Source: the human T2T-CHM13v2.0 reference genome, Homo sapiens
Assembly (NCBI RefSeq): GCF_009914755.1
Contig: NC_060937.1
DNA: 64,000 nucleotides
Strand: one strand, 5' to 3'
A model generated the notes under the pieces. It was not told the origin of the DNA. It was given only the letters and a program-made list of their open reading frames with translations, and did not search any database. Made by a program: the position numbers and the translations under genes. Below, piece by piece: positions 15,401 through 31,900 of the stretch (its first letter is position 1; the number at the start of each line of letters is the position of its first letter).

Positions 15401-18400
15401 TTACATCAAATATATATTATATTAGGTACATAAAATATGAAAGTACATCAAATATATATTATATACTCTACATAAAATACCAAAGTACCCCAAATACATA
15501 TTATATACTGTACATGCAATATCAAAGTTCACAAACTATATATTATATACTGTACATAAAATATCAAAGTACCGAAGCTATATATTCTATACTGTACAAA
15601 AAATATCAAAGTACCCAAAGCATGTATTATATACTGTACATAAAATATGAAAGTACATCAAATATATATTTTATTCTGTACATAAAATATCAAAGTACAC
15701 CAAATATATATTCTATAGTGTACATAAAATATCAAAGTACCCAAACTATACATTATATACTGTATATAAAATATGAAATTACATCAAATATATATTATAT
15801 TAGGTACATAAAATATGAAAGTACATCAAATATAGATTATATACTGTACATAAAATACCAAAGTACCCCAAATACATATTATATACTGTACATGCAATAT
15901 CAAAGTTCACAAACTGTATATTATATACTGTACATAAAATATCAAAGTACCCAAGGTATATATTCTATACTGTACAAAAAATATCAAAGTACCCAAAGCA
16001 TGTATTATATACCGTACATAAAATATGAAAGTACATCAAATATATATTTTATTCTGTACATAAAATATCAAAGTACACTAAATATATATTCTATAGTGTA
16101 CATAAAATATCAATGTACCCAAACTATACATTATATACTGTACAAAAAATATGAAATTACATCAAATATATATTATATTAGGTACATAAAATATGAAAGT
16201 ACATCAAATATAGATTATACACTGTACATAAAATACCAAAGTACCCCAAATACATATTATATACTGTACATGAAATATCAAAGTTCACAAACTATATATT
16301 ATATACTGTACATAAACTATCAAAGTACCCAAGGTACATATTCTATTCTGTACAAAAAATATCAAAGTACCCAAAGCAAGTATTATATACTGTACATAAA
16401 ATATGAAAGTACATCAAATATATATTTTATTCTGTACATAAAATATCAAAGTACACCAAATATATATTCTATAGTGTACATAAAATATCAAAATACCCAA
16501 ACTATACATTATATACTGTACATAAAATATGAAACTACATCAAATATATATTATATTAGGTACATAAAATATGAAAGTACATCAAATATAAATTATATAC
16601 AGTACATAAAATACCAAAGTACCCCAAATGTATATTATATACTGTACATGCAATATCAAAGTTCACAAACTAAATATCATATACTGTACATAAAATATCA
16701 AAGTACCGAAGGTATATATTCTATACTGTACAAAAAATATCAAAGTTCGCAAAGCATGTATTATATACTGTACATAAAATATGAAAGTACATCAAATATA
16801 TATTTTATTCTGTACATAAAATATCAAAGTACACCAAATATATATTCTATAGTGTACATAAAATATCAAATTACCCAAACTATACATTATATGCTGTACA
16901 TAAAATGTGAAATTACATCAAATATATATTATAATAGGTACATAAAATATGAAAGTACATCAAATATAAATTATATACTGTACATAAAATACCAAAGAAC
17001 CGCAAATATATATTATATACTGTACATGAAATATAAAAGTTCACAAACTATGTATTATATACTGTACATAAAATATCAAAGTACCCAAGTTATATATTCT
17101 ATACTGTACAAAAAATATCAAAGTACCCAAAGCATGTATTATATACTGTTCATAAAATATGAAAGTACATCAAATATATATTTTATTCTGTACATAAAAT
17201 ATCAAAGTACACCAAATATATATTCTATAGTGTACATTAAATATCAAACTACCCAAACTATACATTATATACTGTACATAAAATATGAAATTACATCAAA
17301 TATATATTATATTAGGTACATAAAATATGAAAGTACATCAAATATATATTATATACTGTACATAAAATACCAAAGTACCCCAAATACATATTATATACTG
17401 TACATGAAATATCAAAGTTCACAAACTATATATTATATACTGCATATAAAATATCAAAGTACCCAAGGTATATATTCTATACTGTACAAAAAATATCAAA
17501 CTATCCAAAGCATGTATTATATAGTGTATATAAAATATGAAAGTACATCAAATATATATTTTATTCTGTACATAAAATATCAAAGTACACCAAACATATA
17601 TTCTATAGTGTACATTAAATATCAAACTACCCAAAGTATACATTATATACTGTACATAAAATATGAAATTACATCAAATATATATTATATTAGGTACATA
17701 AAATATGAAAGTACATCAAATATAAATTATATACTGTACATAAAATACCAAAGAACCACAAATATATATTATATACTGTACATGAAATATCAAAGTTCAC
17801 AAACTATATATTATATATTGTACATAAAATATCAAAGTACCCAAGGTATATATTCTATACTCAACAAAAAATATCAAAGTACCCAAAGCATGTATTATAT
17901 ACTGTTCATAAAATATGAAAGTTCATCAAATATATATTTTATTCTGTACATAAAATATCAAAGTATACCAAATATATATTCTATAGTGTACATTAAATAT
18001 CAAACTACCCAAACTATACAATATATACTGTGCATAAAATATGAAATTACATCAAGTATATATTATATTAGGTACATAAAATATGAAAGTACATCAAATA
18101 TAGATTATATACTGTACATAAAATACCTAAGTACCCCAAATACATATTATATACTGTACATGAAATATCAAAGTTCACAAACTATATATTATATACTGTA
18201 CATAAAATATCAAAGTACCGAAAGTATATATTCTATACTGTACAAAAAATATCAAAGTACCCAAAGCATGTATTATATACTGTACATAAAATATGAAAGT
18301 ACATCTAATATATATTTTATTCTGTACATAAAATATCAAAGTACACCAAATATATATTCTATAGTGTACATAAAATATCAAAGTACCCAAACTATACATT

Positions 18401-21400
18401 ATATACTGTACATAAAATATGAAATTACATCAAATATATATTATATTAGGTACATAAAATATGAAAGTACATCAAATATAGATTATATACTGTACATAAA
18501 ATACCAAAGTACACCAAATATATATTTTATACTGTACATGCAATATCAAAGTTCACAAACTATATATTATATACTGTATATAAAATATCAAAGTACCCAA
18601 GGTATATATTCTATACTGTACAAAAAATATAAAAGTACCCAAAGCATGTATTATATACCGTACATAAAATATGAAAGTACATCAAATATATATTTTATTC
18701 TGTACATAAAATATCAAAGTACACTAAATATATATTCTATAGTGTACATAAAATATCAATGTACCCAAACTATACATTATATACTGTACATAAAATATGA
18801 AATTACATCAAATATATATTATATTAGGTACATAAAATATGAAAGTACATCAAATATAGATTATACATTGTACATAAAATACCAAAGTACCCCAAATACA
18901 TATTATATACTGTACATGAAATATCAAAGTTCACAAACTATATATTTATACTGTATATAAAATATCAAAGTACCCAAGGTACATATTCTATACTGTACAA
19001 AAAATATCAAAGTACCCAAAGCAAGTATTATATACTGTACATAAAATATGAAAGTACATCAAATATATATTTTATTCTGTACATAAAATATCAAAGTACA
19101 CCAAATATATATTCTATAGTGTACATAAAATATCAAAGTACCCAAACTATACATTATATACTGTACATTAAATATGAAATTACATCAAATATATATTATA
19201 TTAGGTACATAAAATATGAAAGTACATCAAATATAGATTATATACTGTACATAAAATATCAATGTACCCCAAATATATATTATATGCTCTATATGAAATA
19301 TCAAAGTTCACAAACTATATATTATATACTGTACATAAAATATCAAAGTACCCTAGGTATATATTCTATACTGTACAAAAAATATCAAAGTACCCAAAGC
19401 ATGTATTATATACTGTACATAAAATATGAAAGTACATCAAATATATATTTTATTCTGTACATAAAATATCAAAGTACACCAGATATATATTCTCTAGTGT
19501 ACATAAAATATCAAAGTACCCAAACTATACATTATATACTGTACATAAAATATGAAATTACATCAAATATATATTATATTAGGTACATAAAATATGAAAG
19601 TACATCAAATATAAATTATATACTGTACATAAAATACCAAAGAACCCCAAATATATATTATATACTGTACATGAAATATCAAAGTTCACAAACTATATAT
19701 TATATATTGTACATAAAATATCAAAGTACCCAAGGTATATATTCTATACTCTACAAAAAATATCAAAGTACCCAAAGCATGTATTATATACTGTTCATAA
19801 AATATGAAAGTACATCAAATATATATTTTATTCTGTACATAAAATATCAAAGTATACCAAATATATATTCTATAGTGTACATTAAATATCAAACTACCCA
19901 AACTATACATTATATACTGTGCATAAAATATGAAATTACATCAAATATATATTATATTAGGTACATAAAATATGAAAGTACATCAAATATAAATTATATA
20001 CTGTACATAAAATACCAAAGAACCCCAAATATATATTATATACTGTACATGAAATATCAAAGTTCACAAGCTATATATTATATATTGTACATAAAATATC
20101 AAAGTACCCAAGGTATATATTCTATACTGTACAAAAAATATCAAAGTACCCTAAGCATGTATTATATACTGTTCATAAAATATGAAAGTACATCAAATAT
20201 ATATTTTATTCTGTACATAAAATATCAAAGTACACTAAATATATATTCTATAGTGTACATAAAATATCAAAGTACCCAAACTATACATTATATACTGTAC
20301 CTAAAATATGAAATTACATCAAATATATATTATATTAGGTACATAAAATATGAAAGTACATCAAATATATATTATATACTGTACATAAAATACAAAAGTA
20401 CCCCAAATACATATTATATACTGTACATGAAATATCAAAGTTCACAAACTATATATTATATACTGTACATAAAATATCAAAGTACCGAAGGTAAATATTC
20501 TATACTGTACAAAAAATATCAAAGTACCAAAAGCATGTATTATATACTGTACATAAAATATGATCGTACATCAAATATATATTTTATTCTGTACATAAAA
20601 TATCAAAGTACACCAAATATATATTCTATAGTGTACATAAAATATCAAAGTACCCAAACTATACATTATATACTGTACATAAAACATGAAATTACATCAA
20701 ATATATATTATATTTGGTACATAAAATATGAAAGTACATCAAATATAAATTATATACTGTACATAAAATACCAAAGTACCCCAAATATATATTATATACT
20801 GTACATGAAATATCAAAGTTCACAAACTATATATTATATACTGTACATAAAATATCAAAGTACCGAAAGTATATATTCTATACTGTACAAAAAATATCAA
20901 AGTACCCAAAGCATGTATTATATACTGTACATACAATATGAAAGTACATCAAATATATATTTTATTCTGTACATAAAATATCAAAGTACACCAAATATAT
21001 ATTCTATAGTGTACATAAAATATCAAAGTACCCAAACTATACATTATATACTGTACATAAAATATGAAATTACATCAAATATATATTATATTAGGTACAT
21101 AAAATATGAAAGTACATCAAATATAGATTATATACTGTACATAAAATACCAAAGGACCCCAAATATATATTATATACTGCACATGAAATATCAAAGTTCA
21201 CAAACTATATATTATATACTGTACATAAAATATCAAAGTACCCAAGGTATATATTCTATACTGTACAAAAAATATCAAAGTACCCAAAGCATGTATTATA
21301 TACTGTTCATAAAATATGAAAGTACATCAAATATATATTTTATTCTGTACATAAAATATCAAAGTACACCAAATATATATTCTATAGTGTACAACAAATA

Positions 21401-24400
21401 TCAAACTACCCAATCTATACATTATATACTGTACATAAAATATGAAATTACATCAAATATATATTATATTAGGTACATAAAATATGAAAGTACATCAAAT
21501 ATATATTATATACTCTATATAAAATACCAAATTACCCCAAATACATATTATATACTGTACATGCAATATCAACGTTCACAAACCATATATTATATACTGT
21601 ACATAAAATATCAAAGTACCAAAGCTATATATTCTATACTGTACAAAAAATATCAAAGTACCCAAAGCATGTATTATATACTGTACATAAAATATGAAAG
21701 TACATCAAATATATATTTTATTCTGTACATAAAATATCAAAATACACCAAATATATATTCTATAGTGTACATAAAATATCAAAGTACCCAAACTATACAT
21801 TATATACTGTACATAAAATATGAAATTACATCAAATATATATTATATTAGGTACATAAAATATGAAAGTACATCAAATATAAATTATATACTGTACATAA
21901 AATACCAAAGTACCCCAAATATATATTATATACTGTACATGAAATATCAAAGTTCACAAACTATATATTATATACTGTACATAAAATATCAAAGTACCGA
22001 AGGTATATATTCTATACTGTACAAAAAATATCAAAGTACGCACAACATGAATTATATACTGTACATAAAATATGAAAGTACATCAAATATATATTTTATT
22101 CTGTACATAAAATATCAAAGTACACCAAATATATATTCTATAGTGTACATAAAATATCAAAGTACCCAAACTATACATTATATACTGTACATAAAATATG
22201 AAATTACATCAAATATATATTATATTAGGTACATAAAATATGAAAGTACATCAAATATAGATTATATACTGTACATAAAATACTAAAGAACCCCAAATAT
22301 ATATTATATACTGCACATGAAATATCAAAGTTCACAAACTATATATTATATACTGTACATAAAATATCAAAGTACCCAAGGTATATATTCTATACTGTAC
22401 AAAAAATATCAAAGTACCCAAAGCATGTATTATATACTGTTCATAAAATATGAAAGTACATCAAATATATATTTTATTCTGTACATAAAATATCAAAGTA
22501 CACCAAATATATATTCTATAGTGTACAACAAATATCAAACTACCCAAACTATACATTATATACTGTACATAAAATATGAAATTACATCAAATATATATTA
22601 TATTAGGTACATAAAATATGAAAGTACATCAAATATAAATTATATACTGTACATAAAATACCAAAGAACCCCAAATATATATTATATACTGTACATGAAA
22701 TATCAAAGTTCACAAACTATATATTATATATTGTACATAAAATATCAAAGTACCCAAGGTATATATTCTATACTCTACAAAAAATATCAAAGTACCCAAA
22801 GCATGTATTATATACTGTTCATAAAATATGAAAGTACATCAAATATATATTTTATTCTGTACATAAAATATCAAAGTATACCAAATATATATTCTATAGT
22901 GTACATTAAATATCAAACTACCCAAACTATACATTATATACTGTGCATAAAATATGAAATTACATCAAATATATATTATATTAGGTACATAAAATATGAA
23001 AGTACATCAAATATAAATTATATACTGTACATAAAATACCAAAGAACCCCAAATATATATTATATACTGTACATGAAATATCAAAGTTCACAAACTATAT
23101 ATTATATACTGTACATAAAATATCAAAGTACCCAAGTTATATATTCTATACTGTACAAAAAATATCAAAGTACCCAAAGCATGTATTACATACTGTACAT
23201 AAAATATGAAAGTACATCAAATATATATTTTATTCTGTACATAAAATATCAAAGTACACCAAATATATATTCTATAGTGTACATAAAATATCAAATTACC
23301 CAAACTATACATTATATCCTGTACATAAAATATGAAATTACATCAAATATATATTATATTAGGTACATAAAATATGAAAGTACATCAAATATAAATTATA
23401 TACTGTACATAAAATACCAAAGAACCTCAAATATATATTATATACTGTACATGAAATATCAAAGTTCACAAGCTATATATTATATATTGTACATAAAATA
23501 TCAAAGTACCCAAGGTATATATTCTATACTGTACAAAAAATATCAAAGTACCCAAAGCATGTATTATATACTGTTCATAAAATATGAAAGTACATCAAAT
23601 ATATATTTTATTCTGTACATAAAATATCAAACTACACCAGATATATATTCTATAGTGTACATAAAATATCAAAGTACCCAAACTATACATTATATACTGT
23701 ACATAAAATATGAAATTACATCAAATATATATTATATTAGGTACATAAAATATGAAAGTACATCAAATATATATTATATACTGTACATAAAATACAAAAG
23801 TACCCCAAATACATATTATATACTGTACATTGAATATCAAAGTTCACAAACTATATATTATATACTGTACATAAAATATCAAAGTACCGAAGGTATATAT
23901 TCTATACTGTAAAAAAATATCAAAGTACGCAAAGCATGTATTATATACTGTACATAAAATATGAAAGTACATCAAATATATATTTTATTCTGTACATAAA
24001 ATATCAAAGTACACCAAATATATATTCTATAGTGTACATAAAATATCAAAGTACCCAAACTATACATTATATACTGTACATAAAATATGAAATTACATCA
24101 AATATATATTATAATAGGTACATAAAATATGAAAGTACATCAAATATAAATTATATACTGTACATAAAATACCAAAGAACCCCAAATATATATTATATAC
24201 TGTACATGAAATATCAAAGTTCACAAACTATATATTATATACTGTATATAAAATATCAAAGTACCCAAGTTATATATTCTATACTGTACAAAAAATATCA
24301 AAGTACCCAAAGCATGTATTATATAGTGTTCATAAAACATGAAAGTACATCAAATATATATTTTATTCTGTACATAAAATATCAAAGTACACCAAATATA

Positions 24401-27400
24401 TATTCTATAGTGTACATTAAATATCAAAATACCCAAACTGTACATTATATACTGTACATAAAATATGAAATTACATCAAATATATATTATATTAGGTACA
24501 TAAAATATGAAAGTACATCAAATATAGATTACATACTGTACAAAAAATACCAAAGTACCCCAAATACATATTATATACTGTACATGAAATATCAAAGTTC
24601 ACAAACTATATATTATATACTGTACATAAAATATCAAAGTACCGAAGGTATATATTCTATACTGTACAAAAAATATCAAAGTACCCAAAGCATGTATTAT
24701 ATACTGTACATAAAATATGAAAGTACATCAAATATATATTTTATTCTGTACATAAAATATCAAAGTACACCAAATATATATTCTATAGTGTACATAAAAT
24801 ATCAAAAGTACCCAAACTATACATTATATACTGTACATAAAATATGAAATTACATCAAATATATATTATATTAGGTACATAAAATATGAAAGTACATCAA
24901 ATATAGATTATATACTGTACATAAAATACCAAAGAACCCCAAATATATATTATATACTGTACATGAAATATCAAAGTTCACAAGCTATATATTATATATT
25001 GTACATAAAATATCAAAGTACCCAAGGTATATATTCTATACTGTACAAAAAATATCAAAGTACCCTAAGCATGTATTATATACTGTTCATAAAATATGAA
25101 AGTACATCAAATATATATTTTATTCTGTACATAAAATATCAAAGTACACTAAATATATATTCTATAGTGTACATAAAATATCAAAGTACCCAAACTATAC
25201 ATTATATACTGTACCTAAAATATGAAATTACATCAAATATATATTATATTAGGTACATAAAATATGAAAGTACATCAAATATATATTATATACTGTACAT
25301 AAAATACAAAAGTACCCCAAATACATATTATATACTGTACATGAAATATCAAAGTTCACAAACTATATATTATATACTGTACATAAAATATCAAAGTACC
25401 GAAGGTAAATATTCTATACTGTACAAAAAATATCAAAGTACCAAAAGCATGTATTATATACTGTACATAAAATATGATCGTACATCAAATATATATTTTA
25501 TTCTGTACATAAAATATCAAAGTACACCAAATATATATTCTATAGTGTACATAAAATATCAAAGTACCCAAACTATACATTATATACTGTACATAAAACA
25601 TGAAATTACATCAAATATATATTATATTTGGTACATAAAATATGAAAGTACATCAAATATAAATTATATACTGTACATAAAATACCAAAGTACCCCAAAT
25701 ATATATTATATACTGTACATGAAATATCAAAGTTCACAAACTATATATTATATACTGTACATAAAATATCAAAGTACCGAAAGTATATATTCTATACTGT
25801 ACAAAAAATATCAAAGTACCCAAAGCATGTATTATATACTGTACATACAATATGAAAGTACATCAAATATATATTTTATTCTGTACATAAAATATCAAAG
25901 TACACCAAATATATATTCTATAGTGTACATAAAATATCAAAGTACCCAAACTATACATTATATACTGTACATAAAATATGAAATTACATCAAATATATAT
26001 TATATTAGGTACATAAAATATGAAAGTACATCAAATATAGATTATATACTGTACATAAAATACCAAAGGACCCCAAATATATATTATATACTGCACATGA
26101 AATATCAAAGTTCACAAACTATATATTATATACTGTACATAAAATATCAAAGTACCCAAGGTATATATTCTATACTGTACAAAAAATATCAAAGTACCCA
26201 AAGCATGTATTATATACTGTTCATAAAATATGAAAGTACATCAAATATATATTTTATTCTGTACATAAAATATCAAAGTACACCAAATATATATTCTATA
26301 GTGTACAACAAATATCAAACTACCCAATCTATACATTATATACTGTACATAAAATATGAAATTACATCAAATATATATTATATTAGGTACATAAAATATG
26401 AAAGTACATCAAATATATATTATATACTCTATATAAAATACCAAATTACCCCAAATACATATTATATACTGTACATGCAATATCAACGTTCACAAACCAT
26501 ATATTATATACTGTACATAAAATATCAAAGTACCAAAGCTATATATTCTATACTGTACAAAAAATATCAAAGTACCCAAAGCATGTATTATATACTGTAC
26601 ATAAAATATGAAAGTACATCAAATATATATTTTATTCTGTACATAAAATATCAAAATACACCAAATATATATTCTATAGTGTACATAAAATATCAAAGTA
26701 CCCAAACTATACATTATATACTGTACATAAAATATGAAATTACATCAAATATATATTATATTAGGTACATAAAATATGAAAGTACATCAAATATAAATTA
26801 TATACTGTACATAAAATACCAAAGTACCCCAAATATATATTATATACTGTACATGAAATATCAAAGTTCACAAACTATATATTATATACTGTACATAAAA
26901 TATCAAAGTACCGAAGGTATATATTCTATACTGTACAAAAAATATCAAAGTACGCACAACATGAATTATATACTGTACATAAAATATGAAAGTACATCAA
27001 ATATATATTTTATTCTGTACATAAAATATCAAAGTACACCAAATATATATTCTATAGTGTACATAAAATATCAAAGTACCCAAACTATACATTATATACT
27101 GTACATAAAATATGAAATTACATCAAATATATATTATATTAGGTACATAAAATATGAAAGTACATCAAATATAGATTATATACTGTACATAAAATACTAA
27201 AGAACCCCAAATATATATTATATACTGCACATGAAATATCAAAGTTCACAAACTATATATTATATACTGTACATAAAATATCAAAGTACCCAAGGTATAT
27301 ATTCTATACTGTACAAAAAATATCAAAGTACCCAAAGCATGTATTATATACTGTTCATAAAATATGAAAGTACATCAAATATATATTTTATTCTGTACAT

Positions 27401-30400
27401 AAAATATCAAAGTACACCAAATATATATTCTATAGTGTACAACAAATATCAAACTACCCAAACTATACATTATATACTGTACATAAAATATGAAATTACA
27501 TCAAATATATATTATATTAGGTACATAAAATATGAAAGTACATCAAATATAAATTATATACTGTACATAAAATACCAAAGAACCCCAAATATATATTATA
27601 TACTGTACATGAAATATCAAAGTTCACAAACTATATATTATATATTGTACATAAAATATCAAAGTACCCAAGGTATATATTCTATACTCTACAAAAAATA
27701 TCAAAGTACCCAAAGCATGTATTATATACTGTTCATAAAATATGAAAGTACATCAAATATATATTTTATTCTGTACATAAAATATCAAAGTATACCAAAT
27801 ATATATTCTATAGTGTACATTAAATATCAAACTACCCAAACTATACATTATATACTGTGCATAAAATATGAAATTACATCAAATATATATTATATTAGGT
27901 ACATAAAATATGAAAGTACATCAAATATAAATTATATACTGTACATAAAATACCAAAGAACCCCAAATATATATTATATACTGTACATGAAATATCAAAG
28001 TTCACAAACTATATATTATATACTGTACATAAAATATCAAAGTACCCAAGTTATATATTCTATACTGTACAAAAAATATCAAAGTACCCAAAGCATGTAT
28101 TATATACTGTTCATAAAATATGAAAGTACATCAAATATATATTTTATTCTGTACATAAAATATCAAAGTACACCAAATATATATTCTATAGTGTACAACA
28201 AATATCAAACTACCCAAACTATACATTATATACTGTACATAAAATATGAAATTACATCAAATATATATTATATTAGGTACATAAAATATGAAAGTACATC
28301 AAATATATATTATATACTCTACATAAAATACCAAAGTACCCCAAATACATATTATATACTGTACATGCAATATCAAAGTTCACAAACCATATATTATATA
28401 CTGTACATAAAATATCAAAGTACCAAAGCTATATATTCTATACTGTACAAAAAATATCAAAGTACCCAAAGCATGTATTACATACTGTACATAAAATATG
28501 AAAGTACATCAAATATATATTTTATTCTGTACATAAAATATCAAAGTACACCAAATATATATTCTATAGTGTACATAAAATATCAAATTACCCAAACTAT
28601 ACATTATATCCTGTACATAAAATATGAAATTACATCAAATATATATTATATTAGGTACATAAAATATGAAAGTACATCAAATATAAATTATATACTGTAC
28701 ATAAAATACCAAAGAACCTCAAATATATATTATATACTGTACATGAAATATCAAAGTTCACAAGCTATATATTATATATTGTACATAAAATATCAAAGTA
28801 CCCAAGGTATATATTCTATACTGTACAAAAAATATCAAAGTACCCAAAGCATGTATTATATACTGTTCATAAAATATGAAAGTACATCAAATATATATTT
28901 TATTCTGTACATAAAATATCAAACTACACCAGATATATATTCTATAGTGTACATAAAATATCAAAGTACCCAAACTATACATTATATACTGTACATAAAA
29001 TATGAAATTACATCAAATATATATTATATTAGGTACATAAAATATGAAAGTACATCAAATATATATTATATACTGTACATAAAATACAAAAGTACCCCAA
29101 ATACATATTATATACTGTACATTGAATATCAAAGTTCACAAACTATATATTATATACTGTACATAAAATATCAAAGTACCGAAGGTATATATTCTATACT
29201 GTAAAAAAATATCAAAGTACGCAAAGCATGTATTATATACTGTACATAAAATATGAAATTACATCAAATATATATTTTATTCTGTACATAAAATATCAAA
29301 GTACACCAAATATATATTCTATAGTGTACATAAAATATCAAAGTACCCAAACTATACATTATATACTGTACATAAAATATGAAATTACATCAAATATATA
29401 TTATAATAGGTACATAAAATATGAAAGTACATCAAATATAAATTATATACTGTACATAAAATACCAAAGAACCCCAAATATATATTATATACTGTACATG
29501 AAATATCAAAGTTCACAAACTATATATTATATACTGTATATAAAATATCAAAGTACCCAAGTTATATATTCTATACTGTACAAAAAATATCAAAGTACCC
29601 AAAGCATGTATTATATAGTGTTCATAAAACATGAAAGTACATCAAATATATATTTTATTCTGTACATAAAATATCAAAGTACACCAAATATATATTCTAT
29701 AGTGTACATTAAATATCAAAATACCCAAACTGTACATTATATACTGTACATAAAATATGAAATTACATCAAATATATATTATATTAGGTACATAAAATAT
29801 GAAAGTACATCAAATATAGATTACATACTGTACAAAAAATACCAAAGTACCCCAAATACATATTATATACTGTACATGAAATATCAAAGTTCACAAACTA
29901 TATATTATATACTGTACATAAAATATCAAAGTACCGAAGGTATATATTCTATACTGTACAAAAAATATCAAAGTACCCAAAGCATGTATTATATACTGTA
30001 CATAAAATATGAAAGTACATCAAATATATATTTTATTCTGTACATAAAATATCAAAGTACACCAAATATATATTCTATAGTGTACATAAAATATCAAAAG
30101 TACCCAAACTATACATTATATACTGTACATAAAATATGAAATTACATCAAATATATATTATAATAGGTACATAAAATATGAAAGTACATCAAATATAGAT
30201 TATATACTGTACATAAAATACCAAAGAACCCCAAATATATATTATATACTGTACATGAAATATCAAAGTTCACAAACTATATATTATATACTGTATATAA
30301 AATATCAAAGTACCCAAGGTATATATTCTATACTGTACAAAAAATATCAAAGTACCCAAAGCATGTATTATATACTGTTCATAAAATATGAAAGTACATC

Positions 30401-31900
30401 AAATATATATTTTATTCTGTACATAAAATATCAAAGTACACCAAATATATATTCTATAGTGTACATAAAATATCAAAGTACCCAAACCATACATTATATA
30501 CTGTACATAAAATATGAAATTACATCAAATATATATTATATTAGGTACATAAAATATGAAAGTACATCAAATATAGATTACATACTGTACATAAAATACC
30601 AAAGTACCCCAAATACATATTATATACTGTTCATGAAATATCAAAGTTCACAAACTAAATATTATATACTATACATAAAATATCAAAGTACCGAAAGTAT
30701 ATATTCTATACTGTACAAAAAATATCAAAGTACCCAAAGCATGTATTATATGCGGTACATATAATATGAAAGTACATCAAATATATATTTTATTCTGTAC
30801 ATAAAATATCAAAGTACACCAAATATATATTCTATAGTGTACATAAAATATCAAAGTACCCAAACTATACATTATATACTGTACATAAAATATGAAATTA
30901 CATCAAATATATATTATATTAGGTACATAAAATATGAAAGTACATCAAATATAAATTATATACTGTACATAAAATACCAAAGTACCCCAAATATATATTA
31001 TATACTGTACATGCAATATCAAAGTTCACAAACTATATATTATATACTGTACATAAAATATCAAAGTACCGAAGGTATATATTCTATACTCTACAAAAAA
31101 TATCAAAGTACGCAAAGCATGTATTATATACTGTACATAAAATATGAATGTACATCAAATATATATTTTATTCTGTACATAAAATATCAAAATACACCAA
31201 ATATATATTCTATAGTGTACATAAAATATCAAAGTACCCAAACTATACATAATAATCTGTACATAAAATATGAAATTACATCAAATATATACTATATTAT
31301 GTACATAAAATATGAAAGTACATCAAATATAGATTATATACTGTACATAAAATACCAAAGTACCCCAAATACATATTTTATACTGTACATGCAATATCAA
31401 AGTTCACAAACTATATATTATATACTGTACATAAAATATCAAAGTACCGAAAGTATATATTCTATACTGTACAAAAAATATCAAAGTACCCAAAGCATGT
31501 ATTATATTCTGTACATAAAATATGAAAGTACATCAAATATATATTTTATTCTGTACATAAAATATCAAAGTACACCAAATATATATTCTATAGTGTACAT
31601 AAAATATCAAAGTACCCAAACTGTACACTACATACTGTACATAAAATATGAAATTACATCAAATATATATTATATTAGGTACATAAAATATGAAAGTACA
31701 TCAAATATAGATTATATACTGTACATAAAATACCAAAGTACCCCAAATACATATTATATACTGTACATGAAATATCAAAGTTCACAAACTATATATTATA
31801 TACTGTACATAAAATATCAAAGTACCGAAGGTATATATTCTATACTGTACAAAAAATATCAAAGTACCCAAAGCAAGTATTATATACTGTACATAAAATA
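15400..31900. repeat. Array domain B: full-length 378-bp units, ACACCAAAT and AAAATACCAAAG variants, very few indels
   Basis: No 5-bp deletion. The frame is kept for kilobases (ORFs 15136-18960 and 19119-22286). New variants appear: ATGCAAT, ACCGAAG, CAAAGAACCCC, CTGTTCATAA. Confidence 0.8.
20049..30254. repeat. Tandem duplication: 4914-bp copy (13x378) followed by 5292-bp copy (14x378)
   Basis: Offset 4914 for 22286/27200, 22317/27231 and the GATC variant at 20562/25476. Offset 5292 for 23912/29204, 23936/29228 and 24847/30139. Confidence 0.9.
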
